DNA of 64,000 nt from Somniosus microcephalus. Its lineage: Eukaryota. The notes beneath the pieces are model-generated. The model ran no database searches and had not been told where the DNA came from. It saw nothing but the letters and a program-made list of their open reading frames with translations. The stretch lies in the NCBI GenBank assembly GCA_052327205.1, contig CM126217.1, forward strand, positions 17,484,001 through 17,548,000. Reading direction: 5' to 3'. Made by a program: the position numbers and the translations under genes. Numbering within the stretch: the first letter of the stretch is position 1; every line of letters begins with the position of its first letter. Of this stretch, positions 38,813-52,186 are shown piece by piece.

Positions 38813-39732
38813 TCGGAAGCCTTCGATTGAGGTTTGGCCTATTCTTACAAAGTGCCAATACAGCTGAAACCACAGCAACTGAAAATCAACACTGCGTGAA
38901 ACTGGTAACTCAGTCTCTTACTTTACGAAACTGGAGAACAGCTATCTCCCTTGGAAGCCGACAGTAGTCAAGTTCATTTCAAGGCCTTTGAAGGTGTACG
39001 TGTTCAAATGCTTGGTGGTGGTTACCATGGATACTCGGGCCGGTGTTTAAAAGTGTGTCATAGAAAAATCTGCTTCTTGTTCTCAGAGTGCGCTAAATAT
39101 TTAGAAAGCGTGCTGGCCCCCTCTGTTGGTTTGAAGTTGTTATTGGAATTGGCAGGTTTAAATAAGAGCCATTGCATCTGTCCTCAAACCCATATTATTC
39201 CCAGTCCAAACATAACCATGCAAAGAAATCTTAATGCAAAACAGTTTGTCTTCATGGATCACTTGAGTGTGCACTGTGAAGCCCTGCAAACCATGGATTA
39301 GTTTAAATAACTGTTGGCATTAATTTGCATAGTTACAATTCGTCCACTCTCTCAATACTCTGCTTCCAGCAAAAAGGCAGTTTCTATAAGCAGACCCATG
39401 ACCTGAACGGGATAGCCTGCCACTGTGCCAAATATTATCCTTTACCTCGGTATTTGAACCAGAGACTGCATTTTCCTGTCTAATCTCAAAGGTGTCACGA
39501 AACAGCCTTCAGGCCTAAACTGACAGTCAAGTTTATTTACAAGGAATTTGATTACACATTCAGCATGTAAAATTTGAGATGATGACTATAATGCAGTGGA
39601 CCTCAGTTAACCACCGTAACGGATGAGATCAATCTGTTAGAGTGAGTTGTAGCTTCTGGTTCATCTTTTTATACAACTTTATCAGGTAAGGAGACTCCCA
39701 CTAGTCTCATTACCTGAAACCCTGAGTCCTTC

Positions 39733-40016
39733 TGGTCCCCTGGCCCGAAGGCCCGGCTCCCGCTGGTCCCCTACCCCGAAGGCCCGGCTCCCGCTGGTCC
39801 CCTACCCCGAAGGCCCGGCTCCCGCTGGTCCCCTACCCCGAAGGCCCGGCTCCCGCTGGTCCCCTACCCCGAAGGCCCGGCTCCCGCTGGTCCCCTACCC
39901 CGAAGGCCCGGCTCCCGCTGGTCCCCTACCCCGAAGGCCCGGCTCCCGCTGGTCCCCTACCCCGAAGGCCCGGCTCCCGCTGGTCCCCTACCCCGAAGGC
40001 CCGGCTCCTGCTGGTC
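39733..40016. repeat. Minisatellite, 31-bp unit CCCCGAAGGCCCGGCTCCCGCTGGTCCCCTA (~9 copies)
   Basis: Near-perfect tandem array. Confidence 0.95.
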
Positions 40017-40829
40017 TCCTTCACCTGTAGATAAGTAGAGTATTGTAAATTCTATCGGGAACCTTGGACCTCAACAATAACTACTTATCCTGTGGAATCT
40101 ATAACCTAATCTATAGTTTCCTTCACCTGCTGTAGATCTGCCGGTTTGTGTCTCCTTCCCTATAGGCAGCTCTGGTGGTGTCACTAATGCAATGGAGCTG
40201 CCTACTTCTCTGAGCACCTCCACTCATTTTAGTAGGGCTCCCAAGTGCAGGTAAGCCTGGGAGCCAATGCAGAGCTTACCATTCCGGGAAGCTACGTTAT
40301 TTGCAAGGTATGGCGACTGCTCAGTCAGTCAATACTGTAGTGAGGTTACTCTCATTCCGTTCCCAGACCATTCTGTAAACAGAGCTCTCAATTGAATGAC
40401 TAGAGCCTCTCTGGGACATAATGGACTTTGCCCAGCCAATGCCATTACTGGCATGGACTAAAGAGAAGGAAACCTGAAATGCAGTACAAAATGTGGTGCT
40501 TCAAAGATTTTGAACAAAAAGTCCTCCCCAGACTCTCCAGCGTTGAATTCTGATGTCGCCCTCTCGGTTTCAAAATGTGCAATGATTCTTCATAGTAGGC
40601 CATTCAGCCCTTCAAGGCCATTCTATTAGTTCATAGCTGAAACTTGCGTTCTCTGGATTATTAGTCCAGGCCACTAGATTACTAGTCCAGCCACAGAACC
40701 ATTGCACTACTGTACCCATGTATCATTTCATCAAACCTTGCACTGAACAGTTCTTTTTGTCATTTGCCCCGTCCCATTTTAACTTGATTCAGGGGCATTC
40801 TGTAGACTAATGCCCATGTTCTATTCTAG

Positions 40830-41035
40830 GACCGCCTCAGATGCGCAGGACTGATGAGCAGCCTTCCTCGGCTTCCATCTTCGACCATGTTGACCGGATG
40901 TCACGCCCATCCGAGGCAGGCAAGCGGCTACCGAGCAAGATTCAGCTGATCGCCATGCAACCAATTCCAGCACCTCCTTTACAGAATCCATTGCTTCCCG
41001 AGCGAGTGGCCGAAACAAACAAAATAAATAAAGAG
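40830..41035 (+). CDS. KIAA1549: KIAA1549 coding exon: GPPQMRRTDEQPSSASIFDHVDRMSRPSEAGKRLPSKIQLIAMQPIPAPP...NKINKE
   Basis: ttctag|ga acceptor and gag|gtgaga donor; 206 nt, phase 1 to 0. Contains the SSASIFxHVDR and SKIQLIAMQPIP motifs. Confidence 0.95.
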
Positions 41036-42818
41036 GTGAGACATCCTGTGGTTTCCCTGGAGAGATGGCACAGGGTTTAACAGTATATTGTACACTTGAA
41101 CCTCCTTCTCATTCAGGATTAAAAAGAACAAGCGGTCTTCCTTTATGGATCACCTTAACACGTCTCTCAATAACTTACGAAAGCTCTTCATAATTAATTT
41201 CTTTTAAGTCCAGTGACTGTTGCAATGTGGGCAAACCTGTTGCCATTTTTCACAACAAGGTGCTTGACCTGTGGACTAAAGTAAACAAAAAGTGGCTATT
41301 GAAGCCCAGTCAAACACAGTAATGAGATAATACTTGAAGAAGAAAGATATTCAAGGACATGGAGAACGAGAAGGGAATGAGGACTGGAGTGGAGTAGATA
41401 GCTCCAGTTCATCTACTGGATATCTTGAGCATAGAAATGATGCGTAGAATGACCTCCTGCTGTGTTAAAATGTCTATTGGGAGAAAAAGCTTTGAATGGT
41501 CATACCTAATTGTTTTGATATAGGAGTTCTCTTCTAAATCACAGAAAAGAATTAGACGTCCCCCACTCTCTCATACACACAAGTCTGCCTAACTCCTTTT
41601 AGAGGCAGTTTTACATTGGTGGTGTGTAGTCAATGGCAGGGCATACAGTAGTCCCTCTGTTTAATAGGACTGGCCCAGCAATATTAGCAGCCCATATTTT
41701 GTGGCCTGCCACCAGGTCTACAGTTAAAGCTGAATGTACTGAGCTAGATTGGCTCCCTTATAGTTCTTGGAATTGTACATCTCTTTGACCTGGAGCAGCA
41801 GTAGAAAGGAATGAAAGGTAAATAGGGGGAGAGTGCAGCACAGAGTTGTGGGCATGCATTGAAGCACCATTTCCCCAGGACCATTTTATTATAAACTGCA
41901 AGTGCCTTTACTCGCCCTTGTTGAGCTAAAGCGAGTCTGTAATGTGCTTAGTCAGCTCTTCCTTCCATTCCCACTCTGACCTCTCCGGCTTTGTCCTCCT
42001 ACACTGTTCCAACCAACCTCAACACCAGCTTCGGGAATAGTATCTCGTCTTGTGGGCAGCCTACAGCCCTCGACTCAACCTTAGCCAACTTCAGACCTTA
42101 GCTATCTCTCCCAATATCTGAGGCAGAGGTTGCTGGGAATGCATAGGAAGCCCATCAACATCTGGGGAGCGTGGGGGTAGGTGGGTTGGCATTACAGGTG
42201 TGGACTCTTTATCAGAGCACAGTTCTGGCCTGGCGTGGAGTCTGGAATCTGGGTGAAGGGATGTCTGTCTCGTCTCTTTTCAGGTACAGCCAAGCTTGCT
42301 GAGTGTTGCCATCATTTTTTGTTTATCAGTGCGTAATGTACTTATTCTTACAAATTTCTGTTTTCATTTAATATCTTTCATTTGCTTCACCTGAGCTCTC
42401 TGCAAGTTATCACCTCTTTCCAGCTTTTCAAATAAAAACCTTGCTGGGTATCCTGCGCATTATCTCTCGCCCCTCTTCGCTCACTTCCATTAAAGGGCTC
42501 CCTTAGCTCCCAGTTCTGATGAATGCTTACACACTAAATGTCATTTCTCTTTATAGATCCAGATGGGCCTGGTCATAGCTTAAAAGGAGACCATTGTACT
42601 TCATATTTCTGTATAAATCAAAGGTGTGGAGTAACGAATGTTATCTGGCACCCTGCCTGCTTACACCCTATCCCGCTCCCAGTACTAAACTGATTCCTTC
42701 TTTGTGTATGTTCTCGGCTGCAGTCCCAGGATGTGATTCTATAGACCTTTGGCACCTACCCGCGAAGGTGCCAGAGAACAATGTCAGGCTGTAAGTAACT
42801 AACATCCTTCTCCTTCAG

Positions 42819-43042
42819 GTTCAGAGAGCTTTGAGACAGAAATCCGAAATTGAACACCACCGCAACAAGATCAGACTCCGAGCCAAAAGGAAAGGACACT
42901 ACGACTTCCCCATCATGGATGAAGTTGGTACCATCGATACCAAGGAACGACGCAGAGTCTACCGCAGGGCACAGGTTCATATCGATAGGATCCTCGATCC
43001 CAGTGTTGATGGCCCGTCTGTCCTTGTGGAACCAAGGAAAAG
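42819..43042 (+). CDS. KIAA1549: KIAA1549 coding exon: VQRALRQKSEIEHHRNKIRLRAKRKGHYDFP...PSVLVEPRK
   Basis: ccttcag|gtt acceptor and ag|gtgggc donor; 224 nt, phase 0 to 2. Contains the conserved SEIEHHRNKIRLRAKR motif. Confidence 0.95.
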
Positions 43043-44415
43043 GTGGGCATAATAGTGAAGTATTACACGGTCATTTGAACGATTTCCTTGAGATAGATCC
43101 CTCTGAATAAAAATGTAGAAAGTTGAACTCTAAAACATTACTTGGAGCCCATTAGTCTTTTGAAACTCGAGATAAAGTTACCAGTTGTAGTACTGGCGAA
43201 CAAACTAGTATCATTACACTGACATTTTGATGGCACAAATTAAGTTTACTGACCAAATAAATATGCAGCCATCAGCAAATTCAAATTCGCACCATGAAAT
43301 TCTTATGAATATATATAAAAGAACTGTGATGTGATGCACAAGATATAAAATAATACATTACTGATTATTTTACATTGTTTGTCTATATTGACCATTGGAG
43401 CATGGGCGTAAATATTGGTGCAATGACTCGGACACCAAAGACTGTCCGCATCGCCCCCATCTTGCCCGCACGGCCTCCCCAGCCCACATCGGCTCCCTTG
43501 GCCACAGTGCCCTCCCTTCCACAGCCACTGCCCACATTGTCCTCCCCCATGCCCAAATATCTTGCTGTAAGAATATATTCACAATTACCATAACTCTTCA
43601 AGTATAATTTTCAGTTTTTCCTATAACTTGCAGCTGAAAATAGGGGGTACATCGTGGCCTAGCTGCAAAGAGTTGCGGTATCAGGCCTTCAGGCGGACGG
43701 CAACATAATGGCCCACGGATCCCTGGGATGCAGGCGGTTCGGAAGCATCCCTGGGATCACGTGGGCTCAGTCCTTCAATGACGAAGGTGAATTCCATTGC
43801 AATCATTTACGAAGGGAATCCCCTAATGATATGCAATGGAATCCCCAAACAATGTACAGAATTCTACTAATTATAGAATTGCAATTTTATTCATGTTCCT
43901 TCACTGCACCAACCTCAGTAAAAATTTAATTTTTTGTTAAATAATTTTAAACTCATTTTAAAGTGTATGTGCATAATTTTGGAGGATTTTTTAGTTTTAT
44001 TTAAGCCTTATATATACCCTTACGCTGATGCAAGCAGGCCCTATGTCTGCTTTAACCAGTCGCAAGAGTTGTTGGGCAAATGGCCCAACTCTGCACCAGC
44101 AATACTAATTTTTCAGGCAGTTTGGATGATCTGTCAAGGTGTACCTTGACGGATCACAAGTTATGGATCTCGCGCTTGCTCCAGCGCACGCGGAAATCCG
44201 GAACTTGCGGGGAGTTTCATAGGGAATACGACGGCGTGCTCGGAGTACGCAGTCGCAGACACTGCAGTTTCAGGGCCATTATATACATGGATTCATTGTA
44301 CTCATTATAGATATATGATAATTTTGTTGGTCTCAATCTCTCTCCTTGCGATTTGACCCCAAATCCAAAGACGTTAGATGGTTCCCAATGAGTCTTTTGC
44401 TCTTCTTCACTCTAG

Positions 44416-44560
44416 TTATCGCGCCAAAAGGTCTCCACGACAGAGACGGAGGCACCAGGTCAATGGCAGCATGATGGATGCAGAAAAAGATAGGCTGATA
44501 ACCACAGACAGTGACGGGACCTACAAGAAGCCACCTGGGGTGAACAATGCAGCCTATGTT
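44416..44560 (+). CDS. KIAA1549: KIAA1549 coding exon: (S)YRAKRSPRQRRRHQVNGSMMDAEKDRLITTDSDGTYKKPPGVNNAAYV
   Basis: ctctag|t acceptor and gtt|gtaagc donor; 145 nt, phase 2 to 0. Contains the DAEKDRLITTDSDGTY motif. Confidence 0.95.
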
Positions 44561-46055
44561 GTAAGCATGGAAGAACCATGATTATATCTGCCTTTTTCTT
44601 TAGTGCCTTATAGATGTCTACTTTTCCCTCACCCCTCTGTTAAAGTCCATGCACCATCTCCAGATGAGAGGACAGGCAAGCTTTGGCTCCAACATTGTTG
44701 TGTAGCCCCTCCACTTTGCTACATCTCTTCCCACCTTCAGAGGCCTCCTCAAGACTTATCTCTTTGACAAGCCTTTCACCTCCTCTCTTATTATCTTGCT
44801 TCCTGCTCATGGTCCTTTCTTCCTCCTTTGTGAAGCACCTTGGGATGTTTTGCTATGTTATAGGTGCTGTATATGAGTTCGTTGTGCCAGTTGTGGTAAA
44901 GTACCGGAGAGCATCCAAGTATTGTCTCTCCCTGCTTCACTTCTATCTGTTAAAGTCCATCTGGGATCTGTAGCTCATCTTATGGGTAATGTCAGGAGGA
45001 AGCCCATGTCTAACCTCTCTTGTCAGATTGGAGCTGGAATCCCAATGTGCCCATCACATCACACTGCTCTACTACAGTTGTGTGTGTATCCCTTTGGCTG
45101 AAATTTGTGAAAGATGTGTACACAGTAATTTTGAGTCAAATTTAAGCCTTGGTAAAGCACACATTAATTTAGTATTGTTTTACTCAGTCTTTGACACTGC
45201 CAAAACAAAAACTTGAAGTGGATAGAGTTTACATGTGTTACTCGCTGCCTGATCCAATCATTGCTGCCATTTTGTACATATGCGTAGGGTGCAAGACAGC
45301 CACCTATGCCTTAAAGTGGATAATTTGGGAAGCTCTACAGTACACAGGATTGACTGTATGAGTTCCCACTGGACTGCCATCCACTCAAACCGTTGCCCAA
45401 GTGTGGAGGAGTTGACACCAGTTTCCTGCCAGGCTTACGAGAGTGCTTCCACAGGAAAAGAAAACTTTCCATTTCAGAGGAAGGGAAGCCCAAATGACGT
45501 TGTATAAATTGTACCTGGAATTTCCTGGGCCAGGCTGCGCCAGTTATCCTGGCGGAGGGAATCCACCTGTGATGACCAACATGCATGTAGGTTGATTTTA
45601 TCGGTCTTCATTTCACACCTCCTCATGTTGGCATGGTTGCAATCTGGAACTTGCTATGGAGTTGATTGCCAATGCCGGCCTGTGCCCTACCACTCTGTGG
45701 CACAGTTTGTTGAGGCTCCAACTCACTGTGCCATCACACCAGCTTGTACACTTCCTAAACGGTGAATTGAACCATATTTGTAAAGCACGCTGACGATGAA
45801 TTTTGTAACTCTCTCTTTCTGTACTTGCCTCAGTGTCCATTCACAGACTCGTAAAAATTGGGCACGGGACTCTGAACGGACTTCCTTTTGAATAGTCGAT
45901 CTAACACTGGGTTGGACCAAGAGGTTTTGGGTTAACCCCCCCCCCCACCCACCTCCCACAGAACAGTTGGATGCTGTTTGACTTCACTACCTTGTCTCGC
46001 CTTTCATTGCCCCAGCTCCACTGACCTAATCTTGATCTGGTTCTGTGTTTTGCAG

Positions 46056-46361
46056 TCGGACCCTGACCTGCCTCTGGAGCCTAGACCTCACTCTCCGTCA
46101 CACACTCACCCTCCCCCTCCCGCTCCCCCGCCATACATCCCACCACAGCCATCCATTGAAGAGGCAAGGCAGCAGATGTACTCTCTGCTCGATGATGCAT
46201 TTGCTTTGGCAGCTCCAGGTAGTCCTGGAAAAGTCCTGTCAGCAGTCAGCCTTGGTCAGCCAGCTACCAGCACTCCTATCAGGGGAACCAGAGTGTCAGC
46301 TAACAGCCACTGGACACCAGTGTATGAACAACCCCAGAGTCTCAGCAATCCATATATCACG
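46056..46361 (+). CDS. KIAA1549: KIAA1549 coding exon: SDPDLP...YIPPQPSIEEARQQMYSLLDDAFALAAP...LSNPYIT
   Basis: tttgcag|tcg acceptor and acg|gtacgt donor; 306 nt, phase 0 to 0. Contains the YIPPQPSIEEARQxMxSLLDDAFAL motif. Confidence 0.95.
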
Positions 46362-47779
46362 GTACGTAACATGTAAAGCATTTCACACAGTGTGTTCATA
46401 CATATGTAAACACTTCCATGATGGCACGTACTGCTGAAGTCAGATCAGTTTTGAATTTTTTTTTCCTCATCATTCTCCAGAATTTTATTTTGGCTTAATT
46501 AATTTTCATCCAATATCTCTAAACATTGGGATGATAAAATATAGCTAGCAGTGATTAAGTGGCAGTGATCTGAGTGAGATTGCGTTTTATATTGGAGAGG
46601 TGAGGAGCTGCCAGGAACTGGATTGAGGCTGTCCAAACTCAATCCACTTGGGATCTTTACATGCAGGGGAGACTTGCACTTCGTCAGTCTGAGCAGGATT
46701 TGCACCCAGATCCCAGAGCCGACGGGCCAGTGTCTAAGTACATCACTCAGTCCCCAAGCCCATTGTAATTACAACTGGCCTGGTTGGAAATTCTCATTAC
46801 AAATCATTGATCGCACTTAAAATGTCTCAATACTAAGGTAGTGACAACTAGTATACAATCCATAGCATCCAGTTTTCCAACCTTTATTTAGCCATGCGTT
46901 CTTATCGGCTAACCGAAAACACTTCTATGCTGGTACAAAGGAAGTTCTTTCCATGGGGTGTTTATGTATGCTATTACAATATGGACAGTTAATGAGCCAA
47001 GTCTCCATCTAGCAGTTAATATGGTTTTTGTTGGCCTTTTTCATCAGTTTCTGACAGAGTGCAGTGACCTCTATTCTTAAACTCCTTGCTTTCCATTGTT
47101 TTCAAAATGAGCATTTAAAAGTATGGTTTGAGCCCTGGCTTCACTAGAGTCTGGGTACGATGTCCAGCTAATGTAGGGTTAAGACCATCTTCTAGCTGGT
47201 GCTGATGTTGCTAACGAAACAGAAGGTCACAGACCCGGACCTCTACAGTTTTTTTTTGTACCTCTTCAGTTTCCATTATGGTCTGAGATGGCAGACAGCA
47301 AGTTGTTTACAGGCCTCAGCCAGTATTGGTCTTAGAAGGGCCACGGAGGACAGCGTGTGTTGACTTGTACTTTAATTTCCTATCCAAACCGCATAGGTAG
47401 CATCCACTTAGCCACCATCCTACCACTTGCGGCCATGGGGATTGCAACACCAGATTAGGTTGTCACACACAACATAATAGGATGGGGAAGCACTGTGGTA
47501 AAGGGCACTCATTACGGAAAAAATGTCAAACAGTAGTTACAGGGTTTGCATAGAGATTAATTTGTGAAGAAATGTGCTGTGTGAAGAGGTGTGAGCTGGC
47601 CTGGCAGGTGTTGAGATTGTGATTGATTGCAGGAGATGGAAAGATGATGGGTGGTTTGGAAATGGTAAGGGTTCTTTAGGAGAAAGTGCCCTGTATTAAG
47701 GCCTGGTGAATAACTCTTGCAGCTGACAAAGGTGCTTGTATTGCTGCCTCTTCAGGCTCCTCTGCACCATCCTCGAGCT

Positions 47780-48079
47780 GCTCTTCTGAAGGTTTTTGCT
47801 GCACCTACTGAATGGTACGTTATGGAGAATGCAGCAGACCCGATGATGTTGGAAGCTTTGCTCGGTTACAATGTAGGACATTCCCGCTCACTTCCCCCCC
47901 AACCCCCTCCAGAGTTTTTTGAGGTGCCAGAAGCACGACTTCAGCACATCAATGGTGTGCATCGATGATGGATCTGGTGGAGGCAGGCACTGCACTGTAT
48001 TTATGCTCGGCTGGCGTGCGGTGACGCTGCAAGGTGGCAACGGGTATCCTTGGTCTCCCAGGATCCAGCCCTTGGGTTC
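47780..48079 (-). pseudogene. Decayed PIF/Harbinger (HARBI1-like DDE) transposase fragment
   Basis: Minus translations GWILGDQGYPL, TIDVLKSCFWHL and CCILHN match the Harbinger motifs GDxGYP, IGxLKxRF and CCxLHN. Confidence 0.7.
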
Positions 48080-48081
48080 TA

Positions 48082-48395
48082 CAGGAAACTTTTTTTTATC
48101 CGGCACCGACGGGACCGACGTGGTGCAGGTTCATCAACAATTCCGGATAACCGAAAGCTATAGTAAAAGATACGGAGCTGAGAGCTCCGTATAAAGCAAC
48201 AAACCCTGTTGCCAGGTTCAGAACAATGGCCACAAGCTCCAAGCGTCTCTGTAGCTTAGCAACAGCTGCAGCCACACCCTTGCACAGCAACAGATTGAGG
48301 AAGGCAAGTAATAAAACTTACCAACCTACTCCTGAATTTTGCCAGTTAACCGAGATTTCCGGTTATTTAGGTGCCGGTAAATCGAAAGTTTCCTG
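48082..48395. mobile_element. Tc1/pogo (Tigger-like) MITE, family A copy 2
   Basis: TA|CAGGAAACTTT...AAAGTTTCCTG|TA; inverted homologue of 28874-29207. Confidence 0.8.
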
Positions 48396-48796
48396 TAATT
48401 TCCTGCAAATCACGTGTGATGTCTGTTCAGATGGATCATATTGTCTATATTTGTAGTCGTCTCTGTTGAATTAAAAGGGGTAATTTAATAACCAGTGACC
48501 ATTAACACAGTGTGTACATCTGAATAATCATCATAGTTGCGATTGGGGAAAAATGGTAACAAACTGATTACAAGTTAAAATGGCGAGGGTGAGAAACCAC
48601 TGGTGCAGGAGGGGGAAGGAGAGGAGAGGCATGCTAAACGCAACCAATTTTCATGAATCATTCATTAACTTTATGTCTGGTATCTTCTCTTTGCTTTTGA
48701 CAGCTATCAGCCATTTTGAAAATGAAATATTGGAGGCTAGCAATGTGTCAATGTTATTAGTTGTTAAAATCCTGATCTTTCTCTTTGGCTCACCAG

Positions 48797-48849
48797 AGGT
48801 ATGAAGAGACAGGAATGAACCCACCTTCTGGAGCGGGTCACCTGCACAG
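48797..48849 (+). CDS. KIAA1549: KIAA1549 short coding exon: RYEETGMNPPSGAGHLH(R)
   Basis: caccag|agg acceptor and cag|gtaaga donor; 53 nt, phase 0 to 2. Resembles recalled human RYEDYGMTPP. No later exon was recognised in 48850-64000. Confidence 0.82.
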
Positions 48850-48983
48850 GTAAGAAATTAACCAATGCCATTTCAAATCAGTAATCAACAAAACAGTTAG
48901 TTTGGAGAGGGGTGAGAAAAATAGTTAGCCATGAATCTGTCTTTTGAAGTCTCAAACTTTTATATGGAAAATGTCCACCAGAC

Positions 48984-50510
48984 CAGGGGTTATCAACCTT
49001 TTTACTTCTGAGGCTCCCCTCCTGTGTTATAAAAATTCCATGGACCCCTGTAACACTACACAAGTATTTTTTATGTAAAAAAGAATTTGTTATTAATTAT
49101 TAATAGCCTGTTAGACCTTACGTAAGGAAGAATTTATTAAGTCCTAAATTTACATAAGCAAAATACTGCGGATCCTAGAAATCTGAAATAAAAACAGAAA
49201 ATGCTGTAAATATTCAGCAGGTCAGGCAGCATCTGTGGAAAGAGAAACAGAGTTAACGTTTCAGACCTGAAATGATAACTCTGTTTCTCTCTCCACAGAT
49301 GCTGCCTGATCTGCTGAGTTTCTTCAACATTTTCTGTTTTTATCCTAAATTTACATTTATTGTCCAGGGTCTGCTCCACCACATCAGCCATTTGCTGAAC
49401 CGGAAATGAATCAGGAGCAACAAACGCAGTGCTCACTACAGGCTCGATTTGTGCACACTCGGTCGGACTGGACTAAAATTTCAGGTCCACGTCCTCCATT
49501 TCGGAAACAGAACTTCCCTCTTATTTCAATACCAAACCCCAACACGGCGGTGAAAGTCAGCGACTTGAATTAACAGCGCAGAGGCAGATGGCACATGAGA
49601 GAAATGGAGAAATAAATAAGGCCCTGAGCAACTTTATCCACCCGACCTCTATAAATCCTTTAGTGACAAAGGCAGTGCCCCCCCTTTCTCCCCAAACCTT
49701 TCACAAATAACCAGCGATATCTCAAAGGACACGAGCACCCAGACTAGGTCTATCCGTCCATCAGAGAAGCACATGGCCATGAATATAAAGCTGAGTCTGA
49801 GGTACGAGGAAAATAGTGATAATACCGTCAGCCATTTTATTAACTCAGACTGAAGACATTGAAGGAGAGAGTCACACCGGATCCCGATTATTATGGCCTT
49901 GCCACAGGCCCAGAGACTGGAAAGTCTCTTTCTTTCCTTCGCCCCCCCCCCCCCCCCCCCCAAAGGCCACGTTGGCGCATGCGCACTCTGCATTGACGGC
50001 ACTCTTTTCAAACGCGCGAGCGGCTTCCAACCAACATAGGGTGGCTCCGCATGAGGGGAAAGAAAAGGTTTGAAAGGAAGACTCTCACTACCTCAGCCCA
50101 CGCAATGCCGGACTAACTCGCGGATTTCCCTACTCCCAACTCCGGTTTTAATCCCCGGAAGAGAAGTTATAACTTTCCACTATGGTTAAAAGTGGCCAGT
50201 GGTTTATAAACGTGGAAGCGATTAGGGCTGGATCAAAAAGAAACTTACCAAGATAAATAATGCTGTAAAAGTCAGTGACAAGCAAAGGGATTTGTCTAAA
50301 CATTCAAATGGTGTCCAACAGCAAGGACCTGAATTGACTGTGTCTGTAAAGTCTTTGTATAGGTGACATTATTCCACTCGTCTCAGTATACAGTGGAGAC
50401 TACTGATGTTTATGCCATCAACGTTGGTAGTCTCCTCTGTATATTGATGGGATAAACCCAGTGGCAGACCCCATGAAATCTTTTCGCGGGCCCCCGGTTG
50501 GGAACCCCTG
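48984..50510. mobile_element. hAT/Charlie-like non-autonomous element
   Basis: TIR CAGGGGTTATCAACC/GGTTGGGAACCCCTG with subterminal gacccc motifs; TSD not preserved. Confidence 0.5.
49156..49342. mobile_element. Inverted pair of Penelope-like terminal fragments
   Basis: Long imperfect hairpin flanked by a perfect 14-bp direct repeat TCCTAAATTTACAT (49142-49155, 49343-49356). Confidence 0.7.
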
Positions 50511-52186
50511 TTTAGCTTTATGTGCTAAGACACTCATCAAATGGGGAAAAACTTACCAAACAGAGGCTGGGAAATGGCTTGGACCTGTCTTCTTCTAAAG
50601 TGCTATGTACTCTGCAGTTTTGAAAATCCAGAGCCCTGCAAGTCAGAATTGAAATACAGATCACTGGACGATCTTTATTGGATCCCTCCTCTGACCTTTG
50701 GAGTCAGCAGCAAAGCTTTCTGCTTGAGAGAACAGTTGGAGAAGATGGGTCTCTGGAGACTGTCTCGTTAAATGGAGGAAGACAAACTGAAGACCTTCCA
50801 AGACGATATGCTCTTCCTTTTTCCCAACGGTGTGTCTGGCATTTAGCTGAATGAATGTACTCTGTGTATCCAGATACCATTCAAGGAAGCTGGGCAGTGC
50901 CCTCATCAGAAACTTGTGAAATTCTGGAGCTAGGCTGAGACTGGCAATCTGGTTGGAGCACCCAAACTGCTTGGAAAGGCCCTTCCTATGTATTGGGTCC
51001 TTTCACTTGAAGTGGATTCATTTGCTTAGGCTCGTTATGAGTAACCGCTGTTCTTGTTTCTGCCTATTCCCATGCTGCTTTGCCAGAAATGAACTTGCTG
51101 GGAGCTTCTTAAAGCTGGATCCTGTCTGCGATCTGTGCCTGTTTCCCCAGGAATGTTTCACTATGTGGTGCTTGTATACAAGCTGAAGGTATCTCTCTGA
51201 GCAACCCTATGTATTTGCAGGTTGTGGTTGAGGAGGATCAGAAGAGGCGTGCTGGACAGGTGTGTTTGCACTTTAGGCCATCAATTATGTCCTGCATTCT
51301 GGCACAACACATATTTACATGGTCACAAGTAATGCGTTAGTGTCTGCTTCTAGGGATGGAGGCGGCACATTACTTGCTTCTGCTCGGTCAGTAGGTGGTC
51401 CTGCAACTGTAGTGAATGCAGTGACACCCTAGATCTGTATGTGCTGTGACATATCCAAAGTCATTTAAGTAGTGTTGGTGGGTGTTATGGATGTGGCTTC
51501 ACCCTGACTGGCAACAGCATCTTCCACGCCTGCTCTGGGTATTCTCCTGCTGTTGGACACTCCGTTAGCATGGGTAGAAATCTGTCAGTTGCCCTGCGAT
51601 AATATGTTAATGATCTGATTATGGCACAAAGTTTAACTCCGTGCAATGAAAGCACACGCAATGCCTGAAGAGCAGCAGTCCGTCCCCAATATCTAACATG
51701 TTTACAATCTGTTCAATCTCAGTGAGTAGAGTACATTTTTTAACCCAGACACTATTTTCCATTCATTGCTTACAAGCTCATTTGCTGTCTCAGCCACATT
51801 TTTTATGCAGAGTGCACCTGATTGCAAGGCAAACAGAGAGTGCAAGCCAGTAGACCTGGCGACCGATTCGGCCAAGGAGTTTAAATGTAGCATTAAGTGG
51901 CTCTACTTTAACATTTTATTATCGATATACTCTCCCTCAGGCGCATGAAAGGAAATGACGCTCAAGTGGAATTTTCCAAATTTTGCTCAACAGTTTATGG
52001 CCTCAAATCTCACATATTTCTGTTCCAGGTTTAATGACCCAGTGCATCGAAAGTCTTGCCCAGCAGAAAGGAATATTCTTACTGACCGCCACACCTGAGT
52101 CCCCTTTACGCGCTCCCAGCCTGCAAAGTACAACAGAATTCTGACTCTGAACCTTTCTCATTATATGTTTTGGGCTAATTTCTTTT

